Below are positions 37,029-48,944 of a stretch of DNA of 64,000 nt, piece after piece. A program made the position numbers and the translations under genes. Source of the stretch: Cetorhinus maximus. Taxonomy: Eukaryota. The notes below the pieces were generated by a model. The model did not search any database and was not told the DNA's origin. It saw nothing but the letters and a program-made list of their open reading frames with translations. The stretch covers positions 13,578,001 to 13,642,000 of the forward strand of contig NC_135898.1 in NCBI RefSeq assembly GCF_964194155.1, read 5' to 3'. How positions within the stretch are numbered: the first letter of the stretch is position 1; the number at the start of each line of letters is the position of its first letter.

Positions 37029-37118
37029 CTCCATCGATTAAAGCCAAGGCTGCCAAAGTCAGAAAGGGAGCTGACTTTCCCACAAATTCATACATCACAC
37101 TTCCAAAAGGTGCTCCAA
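37029..37118 (-). CDS. SLC18A1: SLC18A1 coding exon 6
   Basis: [30 protein letters not shown]; 90 nt. Confidence 0.95.
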
Positions 37119-37163
37119 CTGCAAGCAATGAAATCATTGGAATGAATCCACAGTAAATATATA

Positions 37164-37874
37164 GGGCAGAATTTAGCCCTTGTCAGGCGGGCTTGGTGGG
37201 GGCAGGCGGTCGGGAAGCCGACCACCGCCCGCGATTTCATGCTGGCAGGCCAATTAAGGCCTACCCAGCATGAAACGCGAGTGGCAGCGCTCAGCGCTGC
37301 CTGTGCAGGCGGCGGGGGGGGGGGGGGGGGGGGGGGGGAGGGCGAGTGCGCACTTGAGAATCTCCCTGAGGCACAGAGCTGCCTCATGGAGGTGAAGAGT
37401 TTTAAAAAAAAATCAGAAAAATATTATACAACATGTCCCCTCATGTGACTCTGTCCCGACCCGTTCAAGTGTGAAATGACGTGTGTTGATGTCAGGCGAG
37501 TATCCCAATGTCAATGCGCAGTCACGTGGTAGTTCGGTCACACGAGTAGGGACATGTTATAAGTGAAATTTGAAAAGTTTTATTTTATTTTTATTTGATG
37601 TTGGAAACCTCATCCCGCCCGTGGATGATGTTTCCAAAAAAATGCAATGGCCACTTGGTTGGACAGGCAGCAAAATATTTAACTTAATTGATACTTTAAT
37701 GGCCTTAACAGGCCTTTTAATTGTCGGCAGCTGCTGATTCCCACACGGGCCCGCCAACCGAACTATTGCGCGACTACTTGTCGACGTTGGGATGCTTGCC
37801 CGACGTCAACGTACATCATTTCATGCTTGAGCGGGTCGGGCATGTGCCCAATTGCTGAGGTGAAAATTCTGCCC
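37164..37874. mobile_element. PIF/Harbinger-like MITE (long family, copy 3)
   Basis: Perfect 11-bp TIR GGGCAGAATTT / AAATTCTGCCC; flanks ATA/ATT. Confidence 0.8.
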
Positions 37875-38174
37875 ATTAAGTACAAAAGGTCAATCAGTCT
37901 TGTGTGTTGTTCTGTCAGTGCTGCTTGAGAAGTGAATGAGAGTCCTGCAAGATTCTGGTCTCTTTGTTTATCCTCCCTGCTTCTGCACCTAACCTAAGCA
38001 ACTTTGCTGAGAACAGGATCGCAACATGAGTGCGGAGGTTGTGCCTTTCTGCTGAGCACCCTTAAAAGGTGATAAGGGACAATGGAAGCAGCTGCTAGAA
38101 TATTTAGTGTTTTTTTATCCACGTAAGTATAGCAGTACATGGTTCAATGCAAGTCCAATATCCAAACTACTTAC

Positions 38175-38267
38175 CGAGCACCCCCACGGCTATGCCTCCC
38201 AGCACTATCCCCATGGCTTTGCCTCTCTCATTGTCATCTGTATAATGACTGGCTAACATTCCCAAAC
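38175..38267 (-). CDS. SLC18A1: SLC18A1 coding exon 5
   Basis: [31 protein letters not shown]; 93 nt. Confidence 0.95.
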
Positions 38268-39855
38268 CTACAGAGGAAGAAACCATTAGATCAACAATCA
38301 TTCAGCCTTAACGAGAAAAACTGAAGGTTTGCGTCATACTTTGCATTCGTCTGAATGTCATCCTTAATCTGTCTGCCCACTTTACTGTTGCTTAGAGTTT
38401 CAATGAACCTGTCACCATTCCACTGTCACACATGAAAGCTTCTAATTATTTAACCAGCTTCCATCAGGAGTCCAATATTTCAGTGCTGAGTGGTCTGATC
38501 TATTTGACTTCTCTTCATAATTTGACTGAGTTTATTAATACTCTCCTAAATTCACTGTAGTTAACCTTTGCAGAAGCAGGCAGATGTGAAGGATATTCTC
38601 GGTAACTTCTACCTTCCTATCCATTCTTCCATTCTGTTCAACCCTTCTTACTGATCCTCCCCTCTCCAGACTCCAGTCCAATTGATTCCCTCTCATCATC
38701 TTTAAGATGTGTACTTATAGGCCCTCCTTGAAGCAATAACCGTATTGTTCTAAGTCCAACTCCATTTTTCATTGTTGTTGGAAATTTCCTCATTCACATT
38801 ATCCTTAAGAATGATGATTCTCTCCTAACTGTGTAATCACTGCTCCTTTGCCTTCACATTGGTACTTTATAAAATTAGGCAAGTTACTGTCAAATCTGAA
38901 ATTTTGCATTCATCAACTTCCTTCATTGCATGCTCTTCATACTTATAATCTGCGATCTTCGTGAATTATAATGTAATTTGCTAATAAAACATTTTTTTCA
39001 ACACTTGAAAGATTCAGATTCTTCAAATCTCTTGTTAGCCTAATAAAAAGCTACAACCTTCATTGGCTCTATCTTTGGTGTTCCTTAATCTATTGGCATC
39101 CTCACTTCTCGTCTACCCTTTAGCTCAAAAGGATCCCTCACTTCTAAAGTTGTCTCCAAGAAGTTTGATTTTCCCTTTCATACCAAATAATTTTGATCTT
39201 CTCAGGACTTGGTGTCTCTCTGTAAAGCTCATGATTTCAATACTACCTCCCATATCTGAGACACTCTTCAACCATCTCCCTCACATTCTTGAACAGACAC
39301 AAACAAACTTGTCATGTGCTGGTAATATTTAAGTCACTTCTTTCTTTCTCTCTCATTCAATCACAACTATATTTCTATGCCTATGCCAAATGCTCCTTTG
39401 AAGTTTCCTCTTGTGTCCCTTCTGCCCCTAAATACAGCATCCTACAAGCTATTCATGCTCTCTGTCATGATGGAAGCAGATTCAATCATGACTTTCATAA
39501 GGCACCTTATTTGAAATAGAAAAAATTGCAGTACCATGAAAGATCAAGAGAGTGGGATTAATTTGATAGCTCTTTCAAAGAGCTGTCTCAGACATAATGA
39601 GGTAATGGCCAACTTTACACTATTATTCTATGTTTCTCTGATCTCCCCATTCTGTTGAGATCAAGGCTTATTTTACAGTCTTATACTCTAATTTACTCTT
39701 TCTCAAGACTCTATATGTCCCTCAACCATTCCTTCTTCCTATAATCTCCCACCTAATTACTGCTCTCTGATGTACGTCGTTTTTTCTTCTGTCCTATTAC
39801 TAGTGGTTTGCACTTGGCCCTTCACCTAGGATTTCCCGATACCTAAAAGAAATAC

Positions 39856-39939
39856 CTGACACCGAGGAACATGATGAGCCAATTCCTTGTAGAGATCGAG
39901 CGGCAAATAGCCAGGCGTAGGTGTTCGCAAAAGCATACA
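39856..39939 (-). CDS. SLC18A1: SLC18A1 coding exon 4
   Basis: MYAFANTYAWLFAARSLQGIGSSCSSVS; 84 nt. Confidence 0.95.
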
Positions 39940-40406
39940 CTGTCAACAAGAGGGAGGAATAAAATAAAAAGCAAATCAATGGGAAGAAAAAGAATTTGAC
40001 TGAGTTTTCCATAGAAAATGCATTTTTCCACATTAAGGAAGGATACAGTTCATCCAGTCAGTGAGGAAAATCTCATAGCCCATGAATAGAATGGATGCAG
40101 CATTCTTCTGTAGCCCTAATCCTCCACCACAACACCCCCCCACCCTAACTGTACTTTTAATCCACTTAACAACTTATTAATCAGGAGCACTGCTCGCACA
40201 GCTCTCTACTTGCAACTGCTCAATTTCTTATTCAATTTATTAGCCAACATGCTCCTTTATTTCAAAATCTTACACTTTGGTCACAAGCCTCTTATATGGC
40301 ACTTTTCCAAGTGCTCCCTGAAAGTGAGTTATAAAACATGCACCATCATCCTGCAGTGGTCCATGCATAATTGCTTTTAATATTGAGCAATTAAAACTCT
40401 ACTCAC

Positions 40407-40465
40407 TTATTGTTGACGCAAACAATATCACAAAACCAGTGAACATTGGAAGGTGATATCCAATC
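40407..40465 (-). CDS. SLC18A1: SLC18A1 coding exon 3
   Basis: RIGYHLPMFTGFVILFASTI; 59 nt. Confidence 0.95.
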
Positions 40466-41410
40466 CTGAAAGGAAGAAAATACGTTTTATACCATGAGCG
40501 ATGACAGCTATAGTATCAAGGAGTATCCACATGGCTGCCTTAGCATGCTCCTTACAGGACAAAAATATCTATTGTATCTTTTAATATGCATTTCAACAAC
40601 ATCACTACTGTAATGAAGGTAGAGCATTCAGGCTTTTTTAAAAATTCATTCATGGGATGTGGATGTTGCTGGCCAAGCCAGCATTTATTGTCCATCCCGA
40701 GACTCTTACTACCTTGACTGGGTGAACTGGTCGGTTTATTTATGAACGGATCCTTTTAAATTTCAGACCCTCCAAAGAAGAGAGATTCACATGATACAAA
40801 TTCCAGAGCTGAACTAGTATTACCGGTGTCAGTTATGAAGGAGAATAAAGTGATTTCCTATCCTGGCTTTTTATTTTCTAGCTCACTTATTCCACTGGTT
40901 TGCAGTCAAATCAAGCTGCTGTGCTGCCTTCGCAGCTTGAATGAGGAGCTGAAGCATTTAGACTTTCACTTTGCCTTTAGCCTGGAATTAGTCAAGAAAA
41001 AGGTGACAAAAATTGAAACCTTAGATAACTTAACTGGATCGGAAATTCTGTGTTGTGACAATGAGCAGGAATTAAAGAGTTTTTCACAAAGGGAATAGTT
41101 GAAACCCTGCTGGTTCTCCCCAGTGCCCACACCATTCCCCCAGCCAAGGGGCCAATAACAGGCGCATCTTAACCTTTGGCACTGCTCTTTTAGTTGTGGC
41201 TGCCTGGAGACAAGATTCATACACAGATTCTGTGCTGCTTTAGGCCATGACTGGTGTTCTCTTGTGTCAGAAACTGAGAACTCAAGACCAAGTTCGAGGT
41301 CCATGGTACAACATGTTGCATGCATGGTACACTGGTGGTCTATGCAGTTCAGTGCCCAGTCCATACAAATTTACCCAGTTACCTGCTGGTGCAAAGGCTT
41401 TCTTACTTAC

Positions 41411-41765
41411 CTGTTGGTCAGTGGCCCAACCAATGGATTAACTAGCAGCTGCACAATTGCTTTTGAAGCAAATAACAAGCCAACGAGAAGATTTTCCTCT
41501 GATAAAAATGATTCATTTCTGCTGCAATGGACCTTTCCAGTAGTTGGCCTCAAGCCCAGAATGGGAGCTCCTGTAGTGTTTCTCCATTCAAACCCTTCAG
41601 TCTTGCTTTCAGTTTTTGCAGTGTTCTCCGTCGTAAGTTGACCACCACTATAATAGGGGAGGTCAGGGGAGGCAGTGGAGGGCAGTGCTTGAGGCTGCTT
41701 TGGTGATGCTGAGCCATTCATTTCTGTGTCATATTTATCATACAAGAAACTGGGGATGATGGGTA
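41411..41765 (-). CDS. SLC18A1: SLC18A1 coding exon 2 (luminal loop, TM2)
   Basis: VPIIPSFLY...HCSRNESFLSEENLLVGLLFASKAIVQLLVNPLVGPLTNR; 355 nt; three N-x-S/T sequons. Confidence 0.95.
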
Positions 41766-42539
41766 CTGAAACAGAAGAAAGGATTATTATTGTTGATCAG
41801 TGATTAAAATCCCCTTAAAATCCCTTTGTAGCCATTGTAGACTTAAGTGATGGCATTTGGGATAATGGTTCAGCTCTCTGAAGCCTTAGAATAGCCCAAG
41901 GGCAATGGCTCTTTGTAACAACTGAGAGTTATCATTTGGAGACACTTGCCACTGGAGATAACTAAATGTACCATCTCTTTGCATAACTTAGTGACAAGAT
42001 GAGGGGGGAAGCAGGGGGTTGGATAGCCCAATAATGTAAAGTGTTGTTTTGCAAACATGCTGGAGACTGTGGATTTCAAACATAATTTTCCACATAGTTT
42101 CTTCTGACATTCAGGTTAGTCAGGTGGATACTGAGCCAGTAAGGCAAGGGACATGTTTGAAGAAAAACTGTGAAGAATGTCAACCTGAACCTTGTGAGTG
42201 TGGTTCAGAACAGTCACTGTGGGAGGCCTGGGGGCAGATTTCCTAGCTGCCATCTTGGTTGGGACTGTGGAGAAAGTGGTGAACAGAAATTGAGGAGGAG
42301 GAAAAAGATCTGCAATTTACTGTTCATTGTAGTGTGAGGAGATGCATCAGTATGTGAGAAACTTGACCCCTCAGTGCCGGAGATACTCACTGAGAGGCTT
42401 GGTCCCTCAGTACATTAGAAGCTCGAGACTGCCATTCTCCTAAAACCTCTGCCCTTCAGTATTGTTCTCCTATTCTACCTAATGGCCACAATGTCATTTT
42501 AAAACTACAATCTCCAGAAGATATTAGACTTGAACTTAC

Positions 42540-42666
42540 CAATGACAGTTAGCAAAGTATAGTCCAGAAAGAGTGCAATATAAACAATAACTAGCACCAT
42601 TGTCCTGGACTGCCTTGCCTTCTTCAGCCATTTCCATGCTCTGCACTCCTTTACAAATGTCACCAT
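42540..42666 (-). CDS. SLC18A1: SLC18A1 coding exon 1 (exon spans 42540-42698)
   Basis: MVTFVKECRAWKWLKKARQSRTMVLVIVYIALFLDYTLLTVI; Kozak-like aaaATGG; donor gtaagt. Confidence 0.92.
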
Positions 42667-44237
42667 TTTCGTCCTGGGCAAGTAGCTCTCTCGTCGACCT
42701 GAAACAACTTGACACATTGATCATCAGATGTAGTCAACCCCAGCCCCTACCTCTAATTAACAACTTTAATTACCACAGGCTAACTCTGGGTATCAAAATG
42801 ATTCTAAACAGAAGTAATATTTTCAAGCTGAGACTGTCATATCCCTACACTTGACAAAAACCGGCTTAGAGATTCAAGTAGTGTCTGGGATTCAGGTGTG
42901 CCTGTTTGGTAATGGCCCGTCATTCCAATCCGAGAGTTAAGATAATTCTCAAAACATTTTTTTTCCATTTGCATCAGTACAGGCAAAATGGGTAGAGTTA
43001 GCCTCTTTCTGTGGTGTAATTTCTGTTGTGCTGTTTTGCATAAACAGAATCAATGTTGCAGGTAGCGACATATAGTAGCAGAAGCCTGGACTTAAAGCCT
43101 TCTGACTCAGGCAAGAGCAATATCAACTGAGCCAAGCTAACACAGTGACATTACAGAAATAATCTGATGTGATTTTGGTCTCTAAGTCCAAGGTATTAAT
43201 AAATGAGGAGCTAAATGTTCAATTCAGCCCCTGTTTCACGAATGTGAAGACAAGTAACTCATAATCTGTGTGAACTGTGAGTTTAGGGAATCTGCTTAAA
43301 TTGTCTCTTCGTGGCCAGTTCCTCAGACATGTCCAGCTTCAGCTCTCATCACTTTGCAAGCCTTAATGGGGAACTCAGCTCAGCTCAGCTCACCTCTAGT
43401 CTGGACAGGTCAACAGGAAATACTTGAGATTTAAGGATATTTTCCTGAAATGAATTCCATTGCTTTAATATGATTTGGATGGGCATTAAAAGGTTTCAGA
43501 GAAGCAGATTCACCTGGTGTCCTGTGTCACCTCTCCCGACCCCTTACACATACTGTGGAACTGATTAGTTAGACAAATGAATATTGGGGTAAATTGGAAG
43601 AGAACAAAAGAGAGACAGACAAAATAAAAACACAGATTGAAATATTAGAGAACACAAAGAATAGACTTGAAAAAATGAACTTTTCAATTTAAGAGAATAT
43701 TGCTATCTGTTTGCAAAATTGAAATTTATAGAATAAGTATAGAATGGAATCTCGTAGTACAGAATGAGGCCACTTGGCCCATCATGCCTATGCCAGCTCT
43801 TTGAAAGAGTGAGCCAATTAATCTAATTTCTCTACCCTTCCAAATTTTTTCCACTGCAAGTATTTATCTAATTCATTTTTGTAAGTTACTGAAGCTGTTT
43901 CTACCACTCTTTCAGACAGTGCATTCCAGATTATACCAACTCTCTGTCTGAAAAAAAGGCTCCCCATCTTCTCCCTGGTTATTTTAACAATTATCTTAAA
44001 TCTTTGCCCTCTGGTTACTGACACTCTTGGCTGTGGCTCCACCTACTCTCTTTGGGTAATTTTTCACACTCTCATTAAATATCCCCATAACCTTATTAAT
44101 ATTGTGCGCAAGATGAGTCTAAAACTGATCATACAATCATCGCCATATGTACACGTGTAAGACACTTTTTTATCTTTTTATCTTTTTAAGTTCAGTTGCA
44201 AAACAGCACCTGCATCATTTAACAACTCTGCGCTTAC

Positions 44238-44355
44238 CTCCTCCACAACGTGCTGTGCTGTGCCCCTGGACTTAGCAGATTGTTGTTTGCTCCGCTATGT
44301 TCTGTGCAGTTTCAGCTGCAGGCGGATATAAAGAGAAATGTTTTTATGAGTCAAA
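44238..44355 (-). promoter_or_regulatory. Candidate non-coding first exon and core promoter of SLC18A1
   Basis: Strong donor gag|gtaagc at 44238/44237; CATAAAAA at 44341-44348; AP-1 TGAGTCA at 44347-44353; non-repetitive context. Confidence 0.35.
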
Positions 44356-45985
44356 TCTAATAAAAGATCCGAAACAAAATGTAGCCCGGAAAATTGCTTC
44401 TACCCTTCATCAGTGCAGGAGGAAATGAATCAGGTACAGGGCTTCATTTGAACAGAACAAGGAGAGTTTGACATTGTTGTGATTTGTTTGCTTAAGATAA
44501 TCTCTGTTCAAACCTATTCACCTAGTATCCTTCATTTGATTCTTTCAGGGATGAAGCAACCAGAGCAGACAATTGTCGAAAACTTAAAATTCTCTTTGTT
44601 AATTCAAACAGTTTACATATGAAGTGTATGTTTTATTGAAAATAACCATTGAATAAGACAGAAGAAAGAAAGAGCGAATGACACACAACTAATACACTGC
44701 ATGTATATTGGCAAGGATGCTAGGGAGGCTATAACTTTGGTTCATAACAAAAAGATCCAACAGGGTCTCTCAGGGTGCAGCCATAAGTACCCCAGACCAT
44801 AGTTAAAAACAGGAAAACTCCTAATCTATGAAAGCTGGCAAAAGACTGCAAACCTTACCAAGTTTCCCTTGATTACTGTTGGTAATGATCTATCAATTAT
44901 TAACTGTGGGTTTGCCTAGTGTCTGATAATCTTTATCTTGGCAGCATTAAGAGCAGAATCAACCTCACATCCTTTTTGGATAACTTCCCACCACTAAATA
45001 TTCCCAATGCAGTTAACTTGAGAAGAAGCATCTGATGTATCGTACATTTCCACTATGTGCATCTCCTGTGCTGATTGTCTGAGGTCATTCCCTTTCATTA
45101 TCCAACCATATTGCTCTTTCTCCACATTTTTCCAATCTGATTTTCTTTGAGGCTGAGGCTCCTTGAGCTATGGGTCTGATATCATGCCTCCCCTCCCTCC
45201 CCACCTCCTTCCCTCAATTTACTGTAGCAGCAGGTTGAAGCCTTTCCCCTGGTGAGAAAAAGCCAAAATAAAATCTCCAGCCACATGTAAGAGAACCCAA
45301 CAAAAATGAAGAAGCAAAAATGGCAATTAAATAAAATAGTCTGTCATCTTAACAAGGCTGCCCATAGACACATTAAGACCTCACTATCTCTCTTTATCCT
45401 CCTGCAACTCTACATATATAGTCCCATCATTTCAGCTCTGGCCTTTTCTTGTGGTTTCTGGTACTCATCCCATCATCTCACAATAGTGCCAATCTTTGGC
45501 ATACCTAACATAGCCCTTGCAGAGTGCAGCCATCACATCATAACACATGATATTACAATGCATAGATCATTCTTTCTTCAGCAGTGGTGCCTTTATCCGC
45601 TCAGATGATAGTCAACAACTGCTTTGCACAGCGCACTCTAGAAGCATCCAATTTCTCCTCAACACTACATACAAGCGTCGACTTGACACTCTTCATGTCC
45701 CAGAATAATGGCACTTCCTTTGGTCCTCAAAAACACTTTTCTTCCCTCATCTCTTTCTTGCAGCCCCTTCATGAGGGATGAAATTCTTCCATTTCTGCGT
45801 CTTTAATCTTCACTTTTATCAGCATTTATTCTTCTGTCTGCTTCCTTAGGCTATAGATATAATCTTGATATTTGTCCTTCTGTGCTGTTGGGTTTTGGGA
45901 TTTTTGCTCCCCTAATTGGATGGACTGGCAGAAAGTTCAGTTATGAGACCCCTTTAATGAGACACAGTAAGAACAAGTTTGTTAA

Positions 45986-46103
45986 GTGTGGAATTTTACA
46001 CTGGCGGGATTTTATGGTCCCACCAAAATCAATGGACTTTTGAACGGCTTGCCACTTGTACCTAGCTGCTCCCCCGCCAGGACAGGGCCATAATATTCTG
46101 CCC
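45986..46103. mobile_element. Short PIF/Harbinger-like MITE
   Basis: TAA target duplication (45983-45985 / 46104-46106); imperfect TIR gtgtggaatttta / taatattctgccc. Confidence 0.7.
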
Positions 46104-46804
46104 TAAGCTTTCAGGTAAACTAAAGCAATAAACTCAGTGATTTACAGTCTAACGAATGCTATATTCTTCCCTTATTATGACTGGACAGGAAGTGCATGGT
46201 CACGTCTCTTGCAGCTTTTGGTCTTTTTGCTTGTCTTCCCTGTTTTTCTCTCTCTCCCTCCCTCTTGCTTCTCTCTTGCCTTGGTTGTTCTTATCTTCTC
46301 TTCCAGATTTCTCAACTGCGTGAATCTGACTTGTCGGGCCTCATTTATCCTGACTCTTATCCAGTTAACCCCTCATCTCCTCAATCATTTTCAGCCTTGT
46401 GGTGTTCATGTTTTTCTTGACGAATCAGGAATTAGTTTATGTGACTATTGCTCGCCTTCCATATTTACTGAATGCCCTTTGTGTTTACCACTGTATCTCA
46501 AGGCTTTTACATCCTATGCTTGCTTGTCTTGTAGAGAGAGACATCTACATTCCATTGTTACAGAAGAAGTTTCTTACAGACAGCCTTAAAGGTCTGTTTT
46601 TTGCTACTGTATGCAGCAAAACTTGAGATAAACTCCCAGAATCCTCTATTTTGGCATCTTTTCTATACTGTGTCCTACTTCTAAATTTTCCCACTTTAGT
46701 ATATGACCAAGGCAAGTTCCCAATAAAGTTAGATGTCAGTTTCTAATAATAAAGTTAGATTTTAACAATTAATATTCTGGTTAGCAACCTGATAATCTTA
46801 CAAT

Positions 46805-48171
46805 TGCCAGGGGGCTAAGACCTCACTCTATATTTTTATAGTATATATATCATCATGGCTACTTTACAAAATCTTAAGAACTGGACAAAAACTATAAAAT
46901 GACTGAAACCATGACTGGCTATGACTCAAACAAGAGGAACTTCCTGGCATTCAGAATGACTGTCACTTTGTTACCTCTGACAGGATGTTGGTGACCCCTG
47001 TGACTGCAGTGTTCAAATCCATGGAAATTGTACAATGGCCATTTACATTTCAAAGGCCAATGGAAATGACCAGTCTGTGAGGACAAAGGACCCTGAAACC
47101 TCTTTTGAAATTATTAATGGTTGAAACATTACTAATCTCAAGAATTCAGACTAAGGAATATTCATCCTTTGTCCAAACCAAAGTGTAGAGGTGGGAGTCA
47201 ATGAACTGCGCCACCACCCCTCTCCCCCCCCCACCCCTTCCCTCCCCCCCTCCCCCCTCCGCTCACCCCCCTCCCCTCACCCCTCCCTACCCCCCTCCCC
47301 CCCCTGTTCCCCCTTCCCCCCTGTTCCCCCCTTCCCCACCCGTTCCCCCCTCCCCTCCCTACCCCCCTCCCCCCCTGTTCCCCCCTCCCCCCCTGTTCCC
47401 CCCTTCTCCCCCCGTTCCCCCCTCCCCCCCTTCCCCCTCCTCCCCCCCACCGGCCTCCTCCCCGTCCCCCTTTCCCCTGTCCCCCTTCCCCACCCCACCC
47501 CCCCACCCCGGCCCCGCCTCCTCCCCGTCCCCCGTCCAAGCTGCTGGAACCAGTAATATTGCCTTGTGGAGTTCAAAAGCTCAGACTGCCATCTTCCATT
47601 GAGCAAGCAGAAGCCCAGAACAAGGGCTCAGTCCAGGTGAATGCCTAGCCCCCAACTACGCTGTTTCTACTGGAACTTCTGTACCAGCGTCGACAAAACT
47701 AATTCAGCTCTATGTGCCCATCTCATCATGGAAGTCATCTCTGCTGGAAAGTTGGATTATGCAGCAGTCTCAGCCTACTGACTCTGTGAAGGAATACACC
47801 ATTGGACTTTTGATTCTGGACTCTGGACTCATGTGAAACAATAATTCTTACTTTCTCTGTGGTCTTTGTCCTGTACCTCTTTCTTTCTCTATCCCTCTTT
47901 TATTGAATGAATGTACCAGGGGCTACGCAGCGACACCCCCTCCTGCGTTTGTGTGTGCGCAAATAAACAAACCCTCTGATTTTACCCTACCTGGCGTTTG
48001 CTGTGGGGTTAATAGAAATTGGATCATACCAATTTTGAGAAAAATATTTTGGGAAAAATACGTCATTACTTATGAAGGGGGAAATCAAAATCAAAACACC
48101 TTTCTGCTTACGGACAGGTGCTGAGAGGAGGAATCGGCCTGTTTAAATTTATCTCCCACCTGTCCGTGACA
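46805..48171 (+). mobile_element. Solo LTR (1367 bp)
   Basis: TG...CA ends (tgccaggg / ccgtgaca); 4-bp TSD CAAT at 46801-46804 and 48172-48175; AATAAA at 47962-47967. Confidence 0.65.
47212..47537. repeat. C-rich polypyrimidine minisatellite (CCCCCTGTTCCCCCCT-like units)
   Basis: ~325 bp of C-runs separated by T/GTT. Confidence 0.9.
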
Positions 48172-48221
48172 CAATGCTGTAACCATTCTATTATGTTCAG
48201 TTCTAGCAGCAGAGACAATAA

Positions 48222-48944
48222 CAGACCATACAGGAGGACTGCATTGAATCAAGGAGCCAAAAAGCCCGAAGAGGAATGATTGACAGAAAAAAAGAGCAAA
48301 GCATGTCAGGTTTTAAGAGGCAAAACAGTGTGTACTTAATCTTATGACCCTGTGATTTCTGACTGCACGCGCTTGTTGCCTAAGAATTCAGCAACTCGTA
48401 GCGTTGCAGCTTGGTAACGTAACCAAACCGCTTTTTCTGCTTACGCCATTGTCTTGTGAGATCGACGGCTGCCACATTGTAATGGAAATGAGTTAAAATA
48501 AGAACAAACAGGAAAAAATAAGTCAGGGAAACCTTATTGCAGAAGTAGAAATGTTTGCAAATGAGCTCTGTTGGTTACCGACTGCTATTTCGCAAAATGT
48601 GTTACTTTGAAAGTACACAAATGCGTAATTCACATAATTACAGTTCGCAATCATGTCGGCATGTGTGGCCCACACTCATTGCTGCCATCCTGTGGTAAAG
48701 CTCACAACTTTCGTAAATTTTATCCATTGGCATTGTAAAGAATAATCATTTGACAGTTCTTCATTTAATTTAACATTTATTCCATTGTACATTTTTGTGC
48801 AGTTGTCATTGCGGCTTTTGAATTAGAAAATGTTTGAACATAAGATATAGGCAAATGTTCCTCATGGTTTTCTTTTTTCTATCAAATCATCGCTCTTCGG
48901 GCTTTTTGGCTCCTTGATTCAATGCACTCCTCCTGTATGGCCTG
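48222..48944. mobile_element. Non-autonomous element with ~75-bp terminal inverted repeats
   Basis: 48222-48295 (cagaccatacaggagg...aaaagcccgaagag) is ~90% reverse-complementary to 48871-48944. Confidence 0.7.

Larger units (their letters stand above)
16902..42666 (-). other. SLC18A1: SLC18A1 (vesicular monoamine transporter 1) gene span, 15 coding exons, 523 aa
   Basis: Exon lengths 127,355,59,84,93,90,44,61,96,79,52,64,120,134,114 sum to 1572 nt in one frame; all introns GT-AG. VMAT1-type residues [28 protein letters not shown] and AILSQD; adjacent to ATP6V1B2. Confidence 0.93.

Noticed and set aside
16902-42666. Assignment to SLC18A2 (VMAT2)
   Set aside because: VMAT1-diagnostic residues (GFAIG, VINI, AILSQD) and linkage to ATP6V1B2 favour SLC18A1
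47191-47606. Pro-rich and Gly-rich ORFs (extensin/formin-like)
   Set aside because: Translations of the C-rich repeat, open in several frames on both strands, with no splice context
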